NCBI GenBank assembly: GCA_963785725.1
Contig: CAWAWS010000039.1
Span: forward strand, 352,001-416,000
Direction: 5' to 3'
DNA: 64,000 bases
Origin: an uncultured delta proteobacterium
Lineage (GTDB): Bacteria > Myxococcota_A > Polyangia > Palsa-1104
Under the pieces are notes generated by a model. That model saw only the letters and a program-made list of their open reading frames with translations. It made no database searches and was not told the origin of the DNA. The translations under genes were made by a program, and so were the position numbers. Below, piece by piece: positions 8,549 to 16,811 of the stretch. Position 1 is the stretch's first letter; the number at the start of each line of letters is the position of its first letter.

Positions 8549-9451
8549 ATGCGCGTCTTCGTGACCGATGCGGCGCCGGTGCCCGCGCTGCCGAACGGCC
8601 ATCGCTTTCCCAGCCGTAAGTACGATCTGTTGCGGCAGCGCATCGTCAGCGACGGTGTCCTGCGGCAGTCGGAGCTGATCGAGGCCGAGCCGGCGTCGCG
8701 CCGCGAGCTTCTGCGCGCGCACACGGCCGAGTACGTCGACGCGATCTTGGACGGCAGCATCGACGACAAGCGCATGCGCCGCATCGGGCTACCGTGGTCG
8801 CCGGAGCTGGTGGCGCGGGCGCGGGCGTCGGTGGGCGCGCAGTTGGCGGCGGCGCAGGCGGCGCTCGTCGACGGCGTGTCGGGCGCGCTGTCGGGCGGGA
8901 CGCATCACGCGCGCGCGGACGAAGGCGCCGGCTACTGCGTGTTCAACGACATCGCGGTCGCGGCGCGGGCGCTGCTCGATGAAGGCGCGGTGGCGCGCGT
9001 CGCGGTCGTCGATCTCGACGTGCACCAAGGCGACGGTACGGCCGCGATCTTGGGCGGCGAGCCGCGCGCCTATCTATTGAGCATGCACGGCGCCAACAAC
9101 TTCCCGTTTCGCAAGGTGCCGTCGACGGTCGACGTCGAGCTGCCCGACGGCACCGGCGACGCCGACTATTTGGCGGCGCTGGCCGCGGCTTTGCCGCCGC
9201 TGTTCGCGTTCGCGCCCGACCTCGTGTTCTATCAGGCGGGCGTCGATCCGCTGGCCGAGGACAAGCTCGGGCGGCTGGCGTTGACGCTCGACGGGTTGAT
9301 GGCGCGCGATCGGCTCGTGCTCGACGGCTGCCGCGCGCGGCGGATTCCGGTGACGCTGTCGCTCGGCGGCGGATATGCGCAGCCGATCGAGCGCAGCGTG
9401 GACGCGTACGTCAACACGTGGCGCGTCGTCCGCAGCGTCTACGCGCGCTAG
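8549..9451 (+). CDS. Histone deacetylase-family (AcuC/HDAC11-like) amidohydrolase
   Basis: GHRFP, GGTHHA, GYCVFND, DLDVHQGDGT, YQAGVD, GGGY motifs. Confidence 0.93.
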   Translation: MRVFVTDAAPVPALPNGHRFPSRKYDLLRQRIVSDGVLRQSELIEAEPASRRELLRAHTAEYVDAILDGSIDDKRMRRIGLPWSPELVARARASVGAQLAAAQAALVDGVSGALSGGTHHARADEGAGYCVFNDIAVAARALLDEGAVARVAVVDLDVHQGDGTAAILGGEPRAYLLSMHGANNFPFRKVPSTVDVELPDGTGDADYLAALAAALPPLFAFAPDLVFYQAGVDPLAEDKLGRLALTLDGLMARDRLVLDGCRARRIPVTLSLGGGYAQPIERSVDAYVNTWRVVRSVYAR

Positions 9452-9508
9452 CGTTCGAGGCGGGCGGCGTTCGCGCGGTGCGACGGCCCGGTCCAGCGAG
9501 GAATCGGC

Positions 9509-9614
9509 CGCGCGCCGTCGCCCCGTCGGGCCGGCCATCGGCGGATCCGGCACCGCGATCGCATAGTTTATCGCGGGCTTGGTCTCGCAGCGCCGACGTT
9601 CGCCCCCAAACAGC
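9509..9614. repeat. Dispersed intergenic element, copy 1 (about 81% identical to 56438-56542)
   Basis: Hand alignment to 56438-56542: 19 mismatches and 1 gap over 106 nt; shared blocks CGTCGGGCCGGCCA, GTTTATCGCGGGC, AGCGCCGACG, CGCCCCCAA. Confidence 0.85.
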
Positions 9615-9670
9615 GGTTGCTGGACGTGACGCCGCGTTTGCGCCGGCCGCTCGGTCGGGGCCGCGCCGGA

Positions 9671-10738
9671 TTACGCCGAGCCGCGGCGCGCGGGCAACAG
9701 GCGGCCGCGCTCGACGCGCTCGTGCACCGCGCGATGGAGCACGATGTTGCGCCCCGCCGCGCGCCCGGCGTCGTGCGCGTGATTGCGTTCGACGCCCGCA
9801 TGCCGCGTCCAGCGGATGTGCGGATGGCGCCGCCGCCAATATTTCCCGAGGTCGCCGTCGCCCACCCAGACGAGCCCGGCCGCCGCTTGCTGCTTCTGCT
9901 GCGTCTCCAGCTTCTCGCGGAAGCCGGCCATCACGCCGGCGACATAGGCGCGTCGATCGCGATTGCCGATGCGATGGGCGCGCCGCCACTGCGTCCACAG
10001 CCGCTCCGCCGTATGCGTCAGGAACGCGTGCGTGTGCGCCGCGATCTCCAGATTGACCGCCGAGCCGCACACTTCGAGCACGCTGCCGCGCTTGCCTTCG
10101 CGCGCCCGCCACACGGGAACCCAGATGGTCTCGACGAAGAAGTGATCGTTCAAGATGTTCGCCAGCACGCGCTCGGCCTCGCTCACGCGACCGGTCGGCA
10201 CGCCCAAGTGGCGGAAGGCGTAGGCCGCGCGCGCGGTCGCCTCCAGGTTGTGCTTGAGCATGAGGCGCTGCGCTTCGGCCATCGCCGACTCGGCTTCGTG
10301 CACGTTCGGGCTCTCGGCCAACGCCAGCAGCTTGCCGACGCGACCGAGCACGCGCTCCTCCTCGGGTGACTTGGCGACGTTGGGCACGCCGGCGGCGCTG
10401 GCGTCGATGCCGTGCCGCTCGCACACCGCGCGAAACGCCGGTCCGTGCGGGCTCTCGTCGGGATCGCCGAGCGCCTCGGTCACGAACTGATGCGCCAGCT
10501 CGTGCTTCAGGACTTCGACCACCGCGCCCCATTCGCCGTCGACGACGAAGGCGCGCGACAGCTCGATGCGCCGTTCGCGCGCCAGCCACTGGCCGAGCTT
10601 GGTGGCACCGTCGGCCAGCGCCAGCGTCGGCGGCTTCAGTCGACCCTTGAAGTAGGAGTCGTTGAGACCGCGCCAAGTCGCGTGCAGCTGCCGCACGAGA
10701 GCCGCCTCCAATTGCGTCGGGAGCGCGCCGTCACGCAT
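9671..10738 (-). CDS. SprT-like metalloprotease + DUF2786 domain protein
   Basis: LKHELAHQ (HExxH), PHGPAFRAVC; then RVGKLLALAESPNVHEAESAMAEAQRLMLKHNL (DUF2786-type). Confidence 0.85.
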   Translation of the reverse strand: MRDGALPTQLEAALVRQLHATWRGLNDSYFKGRLKPPTLALADGATKLGQWLARERRIELSRAFVVDGEWGAVVEVLKHELAHQFVTEALGDPDESPHGPAFRAVCERHGIDASAAGVPNVAKSPEEERVLGRVGKLLALAESPNVHEAESAMAEAQRLMLKHNLEATARAAYAFRHLGVPTGRVSEAERVLANILNDHFFVETIWVPVWRAREGKRGSVLEVCGSAVNLEIAAHTHAFLTHTAERLWTQWRRAHRIGNRDRRAYVAGVMAGFREKLETQQKQQAAAGLVWVGDGDLGKYWRRRHPHIRWTRHAGVERNHAHDAGRAAGRNIVLHRAVHERVERGRLLPARRGSA

Positions 10739-10754
10739 TTGCTCAATCTACGAT

Positions 10755-10771
10755 TCGGCAGCGATTTTGCA
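10755..10771 (+). promoter_or_regulatory. Putative sigma54 (-24/-12) promoter
   Basis: TCGGCAGCGATTTTGCA with GG-N10-GC spacing, upstream of GGAGG (10786-10790) and ATG10796. Confidence 0.55.
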
Positions 10772-10795
10772 ATTTCAAACGTGACGGAGGTGCAC

Positions 10796-11311
10796 ATGCC
10801 GGAGAAGCGAACCTTGCGGCGCGCAAAGGCGGACAAACGCGCCGGAAAATCGGCGAGCACGCAAGCGGGCGAGTTCGTGCGCGAGGAAATGGATCACATT
10901 CGTCATGGCAAACATGGTGCGAAGAGCGCGAAGCAGGCGATCGCGATCGGGCTGTCGAAAGCGCGGCGCGCGGGCGTGAAGCTCAAAGCGCCGGGCAAAG
11001 GGCAGTCGGCGGCGACGAAGAAGAAGGCGACGCAAGACGCGGCGGCCAGCCGGCGGCCGCGGCGACCGCCGTCACGCAAGCGCTCGCGCGCGACGGAGCG
11101 GGCACTCGAGCGGCAGCCGCGCGCGGCGGCGTCGCGGCGCGCGCTGTCGCGACAGGCGAAGCGGGCGGCGCGGCGGCGGACGGCGGCCGATCGCAGCCGC
11201 GCCGCGCGCCAAGCCGCGCGCACGCGCAAGCGCGAGGCCGCGCCCCCGAAGGCGCGCAAGCACACGATCGCGCACAAAGGCACGCGCGCCCGTAAACGCC
11301 AGTCGCGCTAG
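10796..11311 (+). CDS. Small highly basic putative DNA-binding protein (DUF6496-like)
   Basis: STQAGEFVREEMDHIRHGKHGAKSAKQAIAIGLSKARRAGV core plus Arg/Lys/Ala-rich tail; GGAGG RBS. Confidence 0.85.
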   Translation: MPEKRTLRRAKADKRAGKSASTQAGEFVREEMDHIRHGKHGAKSAKQAIAIGLSKARRAGVKLKAPGKGQSAATKKKATQDAAASRRPRRPPSRKRSRATERALERQPRAAASRRALSRQAKRAARRRTAADRSRAARQAARTRKREAAPPKARKHTIAHKGTRARKRQSR

Positions 11312-11320
11312 CCAACCCAC

Positions 11321-11339
11321 TAAGTAAACACGCGTTTAC
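11321..11339. repeat. AT-rich palindrome GTAAAC-N4-GTTTAC (second copy at 51505-51525)
   Basis: TAAGTAAACACGCGTTTAC versus reverse complement of 51507-51525 TAAGTAAACACTCGTTTAC (18/19). Confidence 0.7.
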
Positions 11340-11340
11340 A

Positions 11341-11446
11341 AGCGTCGCGACCGGCGGCGCCGGCGCTGACGCGTCTATGAGCGTCGCGACCGGCGGCGCC
11401 GGCGCTGACGCGTCTATGAGCGTCGCTGCCCGGCGGCGCAGGCGCT
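11341..11446. repeat. Tandem 39-nt palindromic (REP-like) repeat: 2 exact copies and 1 degenerate copy
   Basis: AGCGTCGCGACCGGCGGCGCCGGCGCTGACGCGTCTATG at 11341-11379 and 11380-11418; each unit folds GCGTC/GACGC, GCG/CGC, CCGGC/GCCGG; lies between convergent genes. Confidence 0.9.
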
Positions 11447-13259
11447 ACTTTTGCCGCGCGAACGCTTGAATCTCGGCCCAGAAGCCGCCCATGTCGACCC
11501 GCTGCCGCAGCGTCGGGCGCAGGCCGAGCTCGGCGGCGTAAGCGACCGTCTCGTCGCCACGCGGCGAGATCCAGACGATGCGACCGCGCGGCGCCAGCAC
11601 CGTCACGGCGTGCGTCAGGAATTCGCGATAGAGCGCGCCCGTCGTGTGGCGATCGAGCACGCGCCGGCCGAGCGGCGGATTGGTGACGATGAGCGTCGGC
11701 GGCAGCGGCGGGCGGAAGCTGCGCGCATCGGCCAGCGTCAGCTCGGCGGCGACGCCGGCCGCGGCCAGGTTCTCGCGCGCCCGCGCCAGCGCCGCCTCGT
11801 CGGCGTCGGTGCCGTAGAGCGCGCGCGACGGGCCCAGCAGCGAGCGTTCGACGAGCTCGGTGGCGGCGCCGACGAACGGATCCCACACCACGTCATCAGC
11901 GCGCGCGCCGCCGACGCGCGCCAACGCCGCCGCCAACGTCGGATGCGACGACGCCGGCACATAGGCGCGACGATAGGCGAAGCGCGGATCGGTCAGGCCA
12001 CGCGGCCAAATCTCGACGGCGACGCGCGGCTTCTCGACGACCACCGCCTCCCACAAGCTCGCCGTCGGATCGTTGACCAGCTGCGGCCGCTTGGCCGCCA
12101 CCGCCGCGGCCACGCGAAAGGTCAGCGCGCGGCGATGCCCGGCGTCGGCCCACTCGACGCGATAACGCACCGGCCCGTCGGTAAAACGCGCGAAAATCGC
12201 CTGCGCCTCCTTCGAAGTCAGCGCGCTCACGACGGCATTGCCGAGCGTCTCGTCTTCGAGCTTGGCGCCTTTGGCCACGGGCGGCGTCGGCAGCGGGAAG
12301 CCGAAGCGCAGCATCGTGCGCGCCGTCCACAGCGCCGTCAGCTTGGCCTTCAGCGTCAGCGTGACGGTGGAGTCGTCGGCGACGCGCGCGCCCAGCGCCG
12401 CCAGCTCCTCGGCGCACATGCGCGCCAAGCCGTGGCGGCAGTGGACGCGCACGGCCGTCGGCGTCGTCGGCGCGCGGTCGGCCAAGATGGTGCCGGGCGA
12501 CAGCCGCTCGCGCGTGCGCCGCAGCTTCAGGCGCGCCTCGTCGACGACGCGGCGCAGCTCGGGCTCGGCCGAGTCGGCGATGGCGCCGTCGAGCAGCGTC
12601 AACGCCGCCGCGCCGCCGACTTTGCCGAGCGCCTCGGCCAGCGCCCGTCGCAGCGACGGCGGCGCCGATGCCCAGCGCGCCAGCAGCACGGCCTCCGCGC
12701 GCGCCGCAAACGACCGCGCTGCCGCGTCTTCCGATGGCACGGCCGCCGCATTCGCATCCACAGACTCGGCGACCGCGGGCTCGACGGCTTCATCAGCTGC
12801 GGAGGCGGCCGCTGAATTCGCGACAGCTTCTCGATCGTTGGCCTTGCCTTTCGCGGCCTTGGCGGGCGCCAACTCGAGCGCGCTGAGCTTGCCGAGCGCG
12901 AGCGCGGCGTGGCGCGCCGTCTTCTCGTCGCCGTCGCCGACGCGCGCCAAGAGCAGCTCCACCAGCTGCGCGTCGCGCGTCTTGTGCGCCAGGCGGCCGA
13001 GCAGCCGCACCAGCCGCGAGCGCGCGTGCGCCGTCGCCGAAGGCGCCGTCAGCCGCGCCATCGCCGCCGCCGTCGCCGCGCGCCCGAGCCGCGCCAACGC
13101 CCGCGACGCCGCCTCCGCCTGCTCGCGCTCACCGTCGACGACCAGCGCCAACAAGGGCTCGATCTCGTGTCGCGCCGGCTGATAACCCTTACCGCCCAGC
13201 GCTCGCAAGAGCTCGGCTACGGAGTGCGAAGCTTCGTCGTCGTGGCGGTCGCGCGTCAT
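11445..13259 (-). CDS. HEAT-repeat + THUMP-like + SAM-dependent (Trm11/RlmL-type) RNA methyltransferase
   Basis: N-terminal HEAT-like helices (ARHAALALGKL, LRRALAEALGKVGG); C-terminal LAAALAR, WDPFVGAATELVE, IVTNPPLGRR. Confidence 0.75.
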   Translation of the reverse strand: MTRDRHDDEASHSVAELLRALGGKGYQPARHEIEPLLALVVDGEREQAEAASRALARLGRAATAAAMARLTAPSATAHARSRLVRLLGRLAHKTRDAQLVELLLARVGDGDEKTARHAALALGKLSALELAPAKAAKGKANDREAVANSAAASAADEAVEPAVAESVDANAAAVPSEDAAARSFAARAEAVLLARWASAPPSLRRALAEALGKVGGAAALTLLDGAIADSAEPELRRVVDEARLKLRRTRERLSPGTILADRAPTTPTAVRVHCRHGLARMCAEELAALGARVADDSTVTLTLKAKLTALWTARTMLRFGFPLPTPPVAKGAKLEDETLGNAVVSALTSKEAQAIFARFTDGPVRYRVEWADAGHRRALTFRVAAAVAAKRPQLVNDPTASLWEAVVVEKPRVAVEIWPRGLTDPRFAYRRAYVPASSHPTLAAALARVGGARADDVVWDPFVGAATELVERSLLGPSRALYGTDADEAALARARENLAAAGVAAELTLADARSFRPPLPPTLIVTNPPLGRRVLDRHTTGALYREFLTHAVTVLAPRGRIVWISPRGDETVAYAAELGLRPTLRQRVDMGGFWAEIQAFARQK

Positions 13260-13299
13260 CGTCTGGTCGCGTATCTTAGTCGCGAATGGTCTCTCGCCA

Positions 13300-14064
13300 A
13301 TGATGTGGATTGCGCTCGCGCTCGCCGCCGCGCTCGGCGGCGCCGTCAACGCGCTGGCCGGCGGCGGCACGCTCATTACGTTCCCGTCGCTGCTGGCGTT
13401 CGGCATCGCGCCCGTCAACGCCAACGCCACGTCGACCGTCGCGCTCGTGCCGGCTTCGTTTTCGGCCTATTGGGGCTTCCGCGGCGCGGTCGCCGGCAAT
13501 CGCCGCGAGCTCGTCGTCATGGCGCTGCCCAGCCTCGCCGGCGGCTTCTTCGGCGCCTGGCTGGCGATGCGCATCGGCAACAAGCTGTTCGGCCAGATCG
13601 TGCCCTTCCTCATTTATGGCGCGACGGTGCTGTTTCTCGTGCAAGCGCCCATCAAACGCTGGGTCGATCGGCAGCTCGGCCAAGGTAACGCCGCCGCCGG
13701 TCGCCGCCGCGTCCTGCAAGTCCTCACGCAGCTGGCCATCGCGATCTACGGCGGCTTCTTCGGCGCCGCCATGGGCATCCTCATGTTGGCGCTGCTCGGC
13801 GTCGTCAGCTCCGGCAGCTTGGCGCGCATGAACGGCCTCAAGAACTTCGCCGCCGTCTGCATCAACGGCGTCGCCGCCATCACCTTCGGCCTATCGGGCC
13901 AGGTCCATTGGGGCTTGGCCGGCTGCATGGTGGCCGGCTCGATCGTCGGCGGCTACGTCGCGGCGCGGCTGTCGCAGCGCATCGACGCCCGCTGGGTGCG
14001 CGGTCTCGTCATCGTCGTCGGCTTCGGCATGGGCACGTACACGTTGTGGAAGGCGCTCGCCTGA
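13300..14064 (+). CDS. TauE/SafE sulfite exporter-family membrane protein
   Basis: NALAGGGTLITFP, ANATST, YGGFFGAAMG, NGLKN motifs; multiple TM helices. Confidence 0.92.
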   Translation: MMWIALALAAALGGAVNALAGGGTLITFPSLLAFGIAPVNANATSTVALVPASFSAYWGFRGAVAGNRRELVVMALPSLAGGFFGAWLAMRIGNKLFGQIVPFLIYGATVLFLVQAPIKRWVDRQLGQGNAAAGRRRVLQVLTQLAIAIYGGFFGAAMGILMLALLGVVSSGSLARMNGLKNFAAVCINGVAAITFGLSGQVHWGLAGCMVAGSIVGGYVAARLSQRIDARWVRGLVIVVGFGMGTYTLWKALA

Positions 14065-14065
14065 C

Positions 14066-14719
14066 TCAGGGCAGTATGTCGAGCCCGGCCAGCGGATCGT
14101 CCGTATCGACACCGATCCTCGGATTCGGTTGGCGCGGCGTCGGCGCTTTGATGTGCCGCGTGCGACTGCGCGGTAGGTGCGATCGCGCGTCCGCCGTCGT
14201 CTCGACCGGCGGCGGCGGAATCACGCGCGGCGGCGGCGGCGTGATCGCCTGCGCTGGCAGCTCGGGCGTGGCCACGATCGTCTGATTCGGCGGCACGACG
14301 GGCGGCGTAACCGCGTGCGGCCGTAGCAGGATGAAGACGAGCGCGACCCCGAGCGCCGCTGTCATGAGCGGCCACGCCGCGTGCGTCGAGCCGTCCGGCG
14401 CCGGCATGTTCACTGCGAATACCGGCGGCGCCGTGCGCGTGGCCGCGAGCTCCTCGTCGGCTTCGCGCAGCCGCGCCTCGAGCTGCGCGTTGCGCGCGAC
14501 TTGCGCCGCCAGCTCGACGCGCTCGCGCGCCTGCTCGGCGGCGAGGCGCGCCGCGGCTTCGGCGCGTCGTGCCTGCTCCTCCGCGCGCCGCTGCGCGGCT
14601 TGCCGTTCGAGCGCGGCCTGTCGCTGCCGCGCCTCCTCGGCCGCTTCTTGGGCCACGCGCTCCGCCTCCATCGAACGCAAGTCATGCAGCGCGAAGAGCA
14701 CACTATTTTCCTGTCGCAT
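14066..14719 (-). CDS. Hypothetical coiled-coil, single-TM, Pro-rich protein
   Basis: MRQENSVLFALHDLRSMEAERV start, E/A/R/Q coiled coil, TM (LMTAALGVALVFILL), Pro-rich tail ending DDPLAGLDILP. Confidence 0.75.
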   Translation of the reverse strand: MRQENSVLFALHDLRSMEAERVAQEAAEEARQRQAALERQAAQRRAEEQARRAEAAARLAAEQARERVELAAQVARNAQLEARLREADEELAATRTAPPVFAVNMPAPDGSTHAAWPLMTAALGVALVFILLRPHAVTPPVVPPNQTIVATPELPAQAITPPPPRVIPPPPVETTADARSHLPRSRTRHIKAPTPRQPNPRIGVDTDDPLAGLDILP

Positions 14720-14733
14720 ACACAGCTGACATC

Positions 14734-14749
14734 GCAAGCGACGCGCCAG
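14734..14749 (-). promoter_or_regulatory. Putative sigma54 promoter for 14066-14719
   Basis: Minus strand CTGGCGCGTCGCTTGC = TGGCGCG-N4-TTGC with canonical GG-N10-GC spacing; predicted +1 about 14722, just upstream of the ATG. Confidence 0.65.
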
Positions 14750-14819
14750 CCGCAAGTGCCGGCGAACATTCGACAGCCCCGACCGCGATGCTACGAATCG
14801 TAGAGTTGGATCTACGAAA

Positions 14820-16476
14820 TCAAGCTTTGCGGGCGCGTAGGCCGAGCTGGTTGAAGCGCAGGCGGACCTTGCGCGCCGCCGTCGCGCTGGCCGAGCCGAG
14901 GAGGCGGCGCGCCATGGCCGTGAAGTCGCCGTCGCACGTGGTGAACAGCTGTTGGTAGAGCTGGCGTTCGAGCTCGCGGGCGACTTGGTGCAGCGTCGCG
15001 CGCGGGCGAAAGCCGAGGGTGACGCTCGGCGCCGGCGCCATTCGACGACGATGACGATGACAACAGGCGACGCACGAGCTGCGCGGAGATGGGCACGAGG
15101 CGCGGCGCCGCGGACGTGGCGCCGGCACCGCGCTCGGCGGCGGCGAGCGCGTCGGACAGCGCCAGCAAGGCCGCGGTGCCGACGAGGAGGCCGAGCTCGC
15201 GCACGTTGCCGGGCCACGGGTGCGCGCGCAACGCCGCCAGCGATGCGGCGGCGAACACGAACGTCACGTGCGCCGGCGCGCTCGGTGCGCGGCCGAAGGC
15301 GACGTCGACGCGTGGCGCGCCGTCGAGGCCGGCGGCGCGCGCGTAGTCGACGAGCAGCTGGCGATCGGCGCCGGCGGCGAACGTCCGCTGCACGAACGCG
15401 GCGACGAGCGCCGGCACGTCGGTGGCGCGCTCGCGCAGCGGCGGTAACGTCAAGCGCGCCGCGGGATTCAGCCGCGCGTACAGATCGGCGCGAAAGCTGC
15501 CCGCGGCCACGAGCGCCGGCAGGTCGGCGTTGGTGGCGGCGATGAGCTTGACGTCGACCGGGCGCGCCCGCGCTTCGCCGAGCCGGGTGACGCGACCGCT
15601 CTCGACGGCCGTCAGCAGCATGCGTTGGCCTTCGAGCGGCAGGTTGGCGATCTCGTCGAGCAGCAGCGTGCCGCGATGGGCGCTCTCGAGCATGCCGGCG
15701 CGATCGACGGCGCCCGAGAATGCGCCGCGCGCGCTGCCGAACAGCTCGGCGGCGACGAGCGTCGGCGGCAGCGCGGCCAGATCGACGGCCACGAAGGCGC
15801 CGCCGCGACCGCTGGCCGGATGGATGACGCGTTCGGCGAGCGCGCTCTTGCCGGTGCCGGTCTCGCCGAGCAAGAGCAGCGGCAGCGACGTGCGCGCCAA
15901 CGCCGTCGCGTCGCGGCGCAGCTGCGCCATCGCCGTCGAGCCGCCCCACAAGTAGCCGCCGGCCGCGGGCGCGTCGCGACGGGCGCCGAGCACGCGCTCG
16001 ACGAGCAGGCCGATGGCGCGCGCGTCGAAGGCGTCGGCGCCGGCCAGCGTCACCAGCTCGTCGCCGTCGGCGGCTTGCGCGGCGTCTTCGAGCGCCAGCT
16101 CCTCGCGCGAGGTCATGAGCACGACCGGCAGATCGGCGCGGCGACGGCGCAGCGCGGTCAAGATGTCGAGCCCTTGCAAGCGGCGGCGGCGCTCGAGGTC
16201 GGGCTCGCCCGTCGCTGACGGCGCCAGTCGCGACTCGGGTAACTCGAAGGCGACATCGAGCAGCACGACGTCGACGTCGGCGTGGCGACCGAGCGCCGCT
16301 TCCGCTTCTTGCAGGTCGTGCGCGTGCGTCAACGTGCAGCCCTTCTTGCGCACGCAGCTCCAGCACGGGCCGGGCAGCTCGCACAGCGTCGCGTAGTCGT
16401 AGTCGCGCAAGAACTCGTGCGCCAGCTCGGCGTAGCGTTGGCCGTCGTCGACGAGCAGCAGCTTCGGTCGCTTCAC
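14820..16476 (-). CDS. Sigma54-dependent enhancer-binding protein with atypical receiver (frameshift near 15030)
   Basis: GETGTGKS Walker A, ELFGSARGAFSGA, LLLDEI Walker B, FRADLYARL, WPGNVREL. C-terminal HTH-like tail (LHQVARELERQLYQQLF...MARRLLG) is in the 14820-15128 frame. GGAGG RBS before GTG. Confidence 0.88.
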
Positions 16477-16811
16477 GTGGCCTCCAAGAGCGCGCGCAGG
16501 CGGCGCTCGACGAGCAGCGCCAGCGCCGCGGCGCGCGCGACGGCCGCCGGCTCACCGGCGCGCACAGCCGCTTCCAGCGTGTCGGCCTCGGCCAAGAGCG
16601 CGCGGGCGTCGCTGAGCGGCGGCTCGTCGGCGGCGTCGGCGGCCAGCTCGGCGAGCACGCTCGAGGCGCGCCGGCCCGGTCGCAGCTCGAACAGGTCTTG
16701 CGCCAGCATCGCCACCATCTCCGCCGTCGGACGCGCGGGCAGATTGCGCGCCGTGCGGGCGACATATTTGCCGACGTCGTGCACGAGCTGAAGGCGCTGC
16801 CGCTTCGTCAT
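16473..16811 (-). CDS. Small helical protein with H-box-like motif (candidate stand-alone phosphotransfer domain)
   Basis: LQLVHDVGKYVARTARN; 4-nt overlaps with both neighbours; all-helical composition. Confidence 0.7.
   Translation of the reverse strand: MTKRQRLQLVHDVGKYVARTARNLPARPTAEMVAMLAQDLFELRPGRRASSVLAELAADAADEPPLSDARALLAEADTLEAAVRAGEPAAVARAAALALLVERRLRALLEAT

Noticed and set aside
11341..11446. Possible mini-CRISPR
   Set aside because: Units are directly adjacent with no spacers.
14820..15128. Programmed frameshift or separate small gene at the activator C-terminus
   Set aside because: No slippery sequence is evident; the segment is the expected HTH tail, and similar single indels occur elsewhere in the window.
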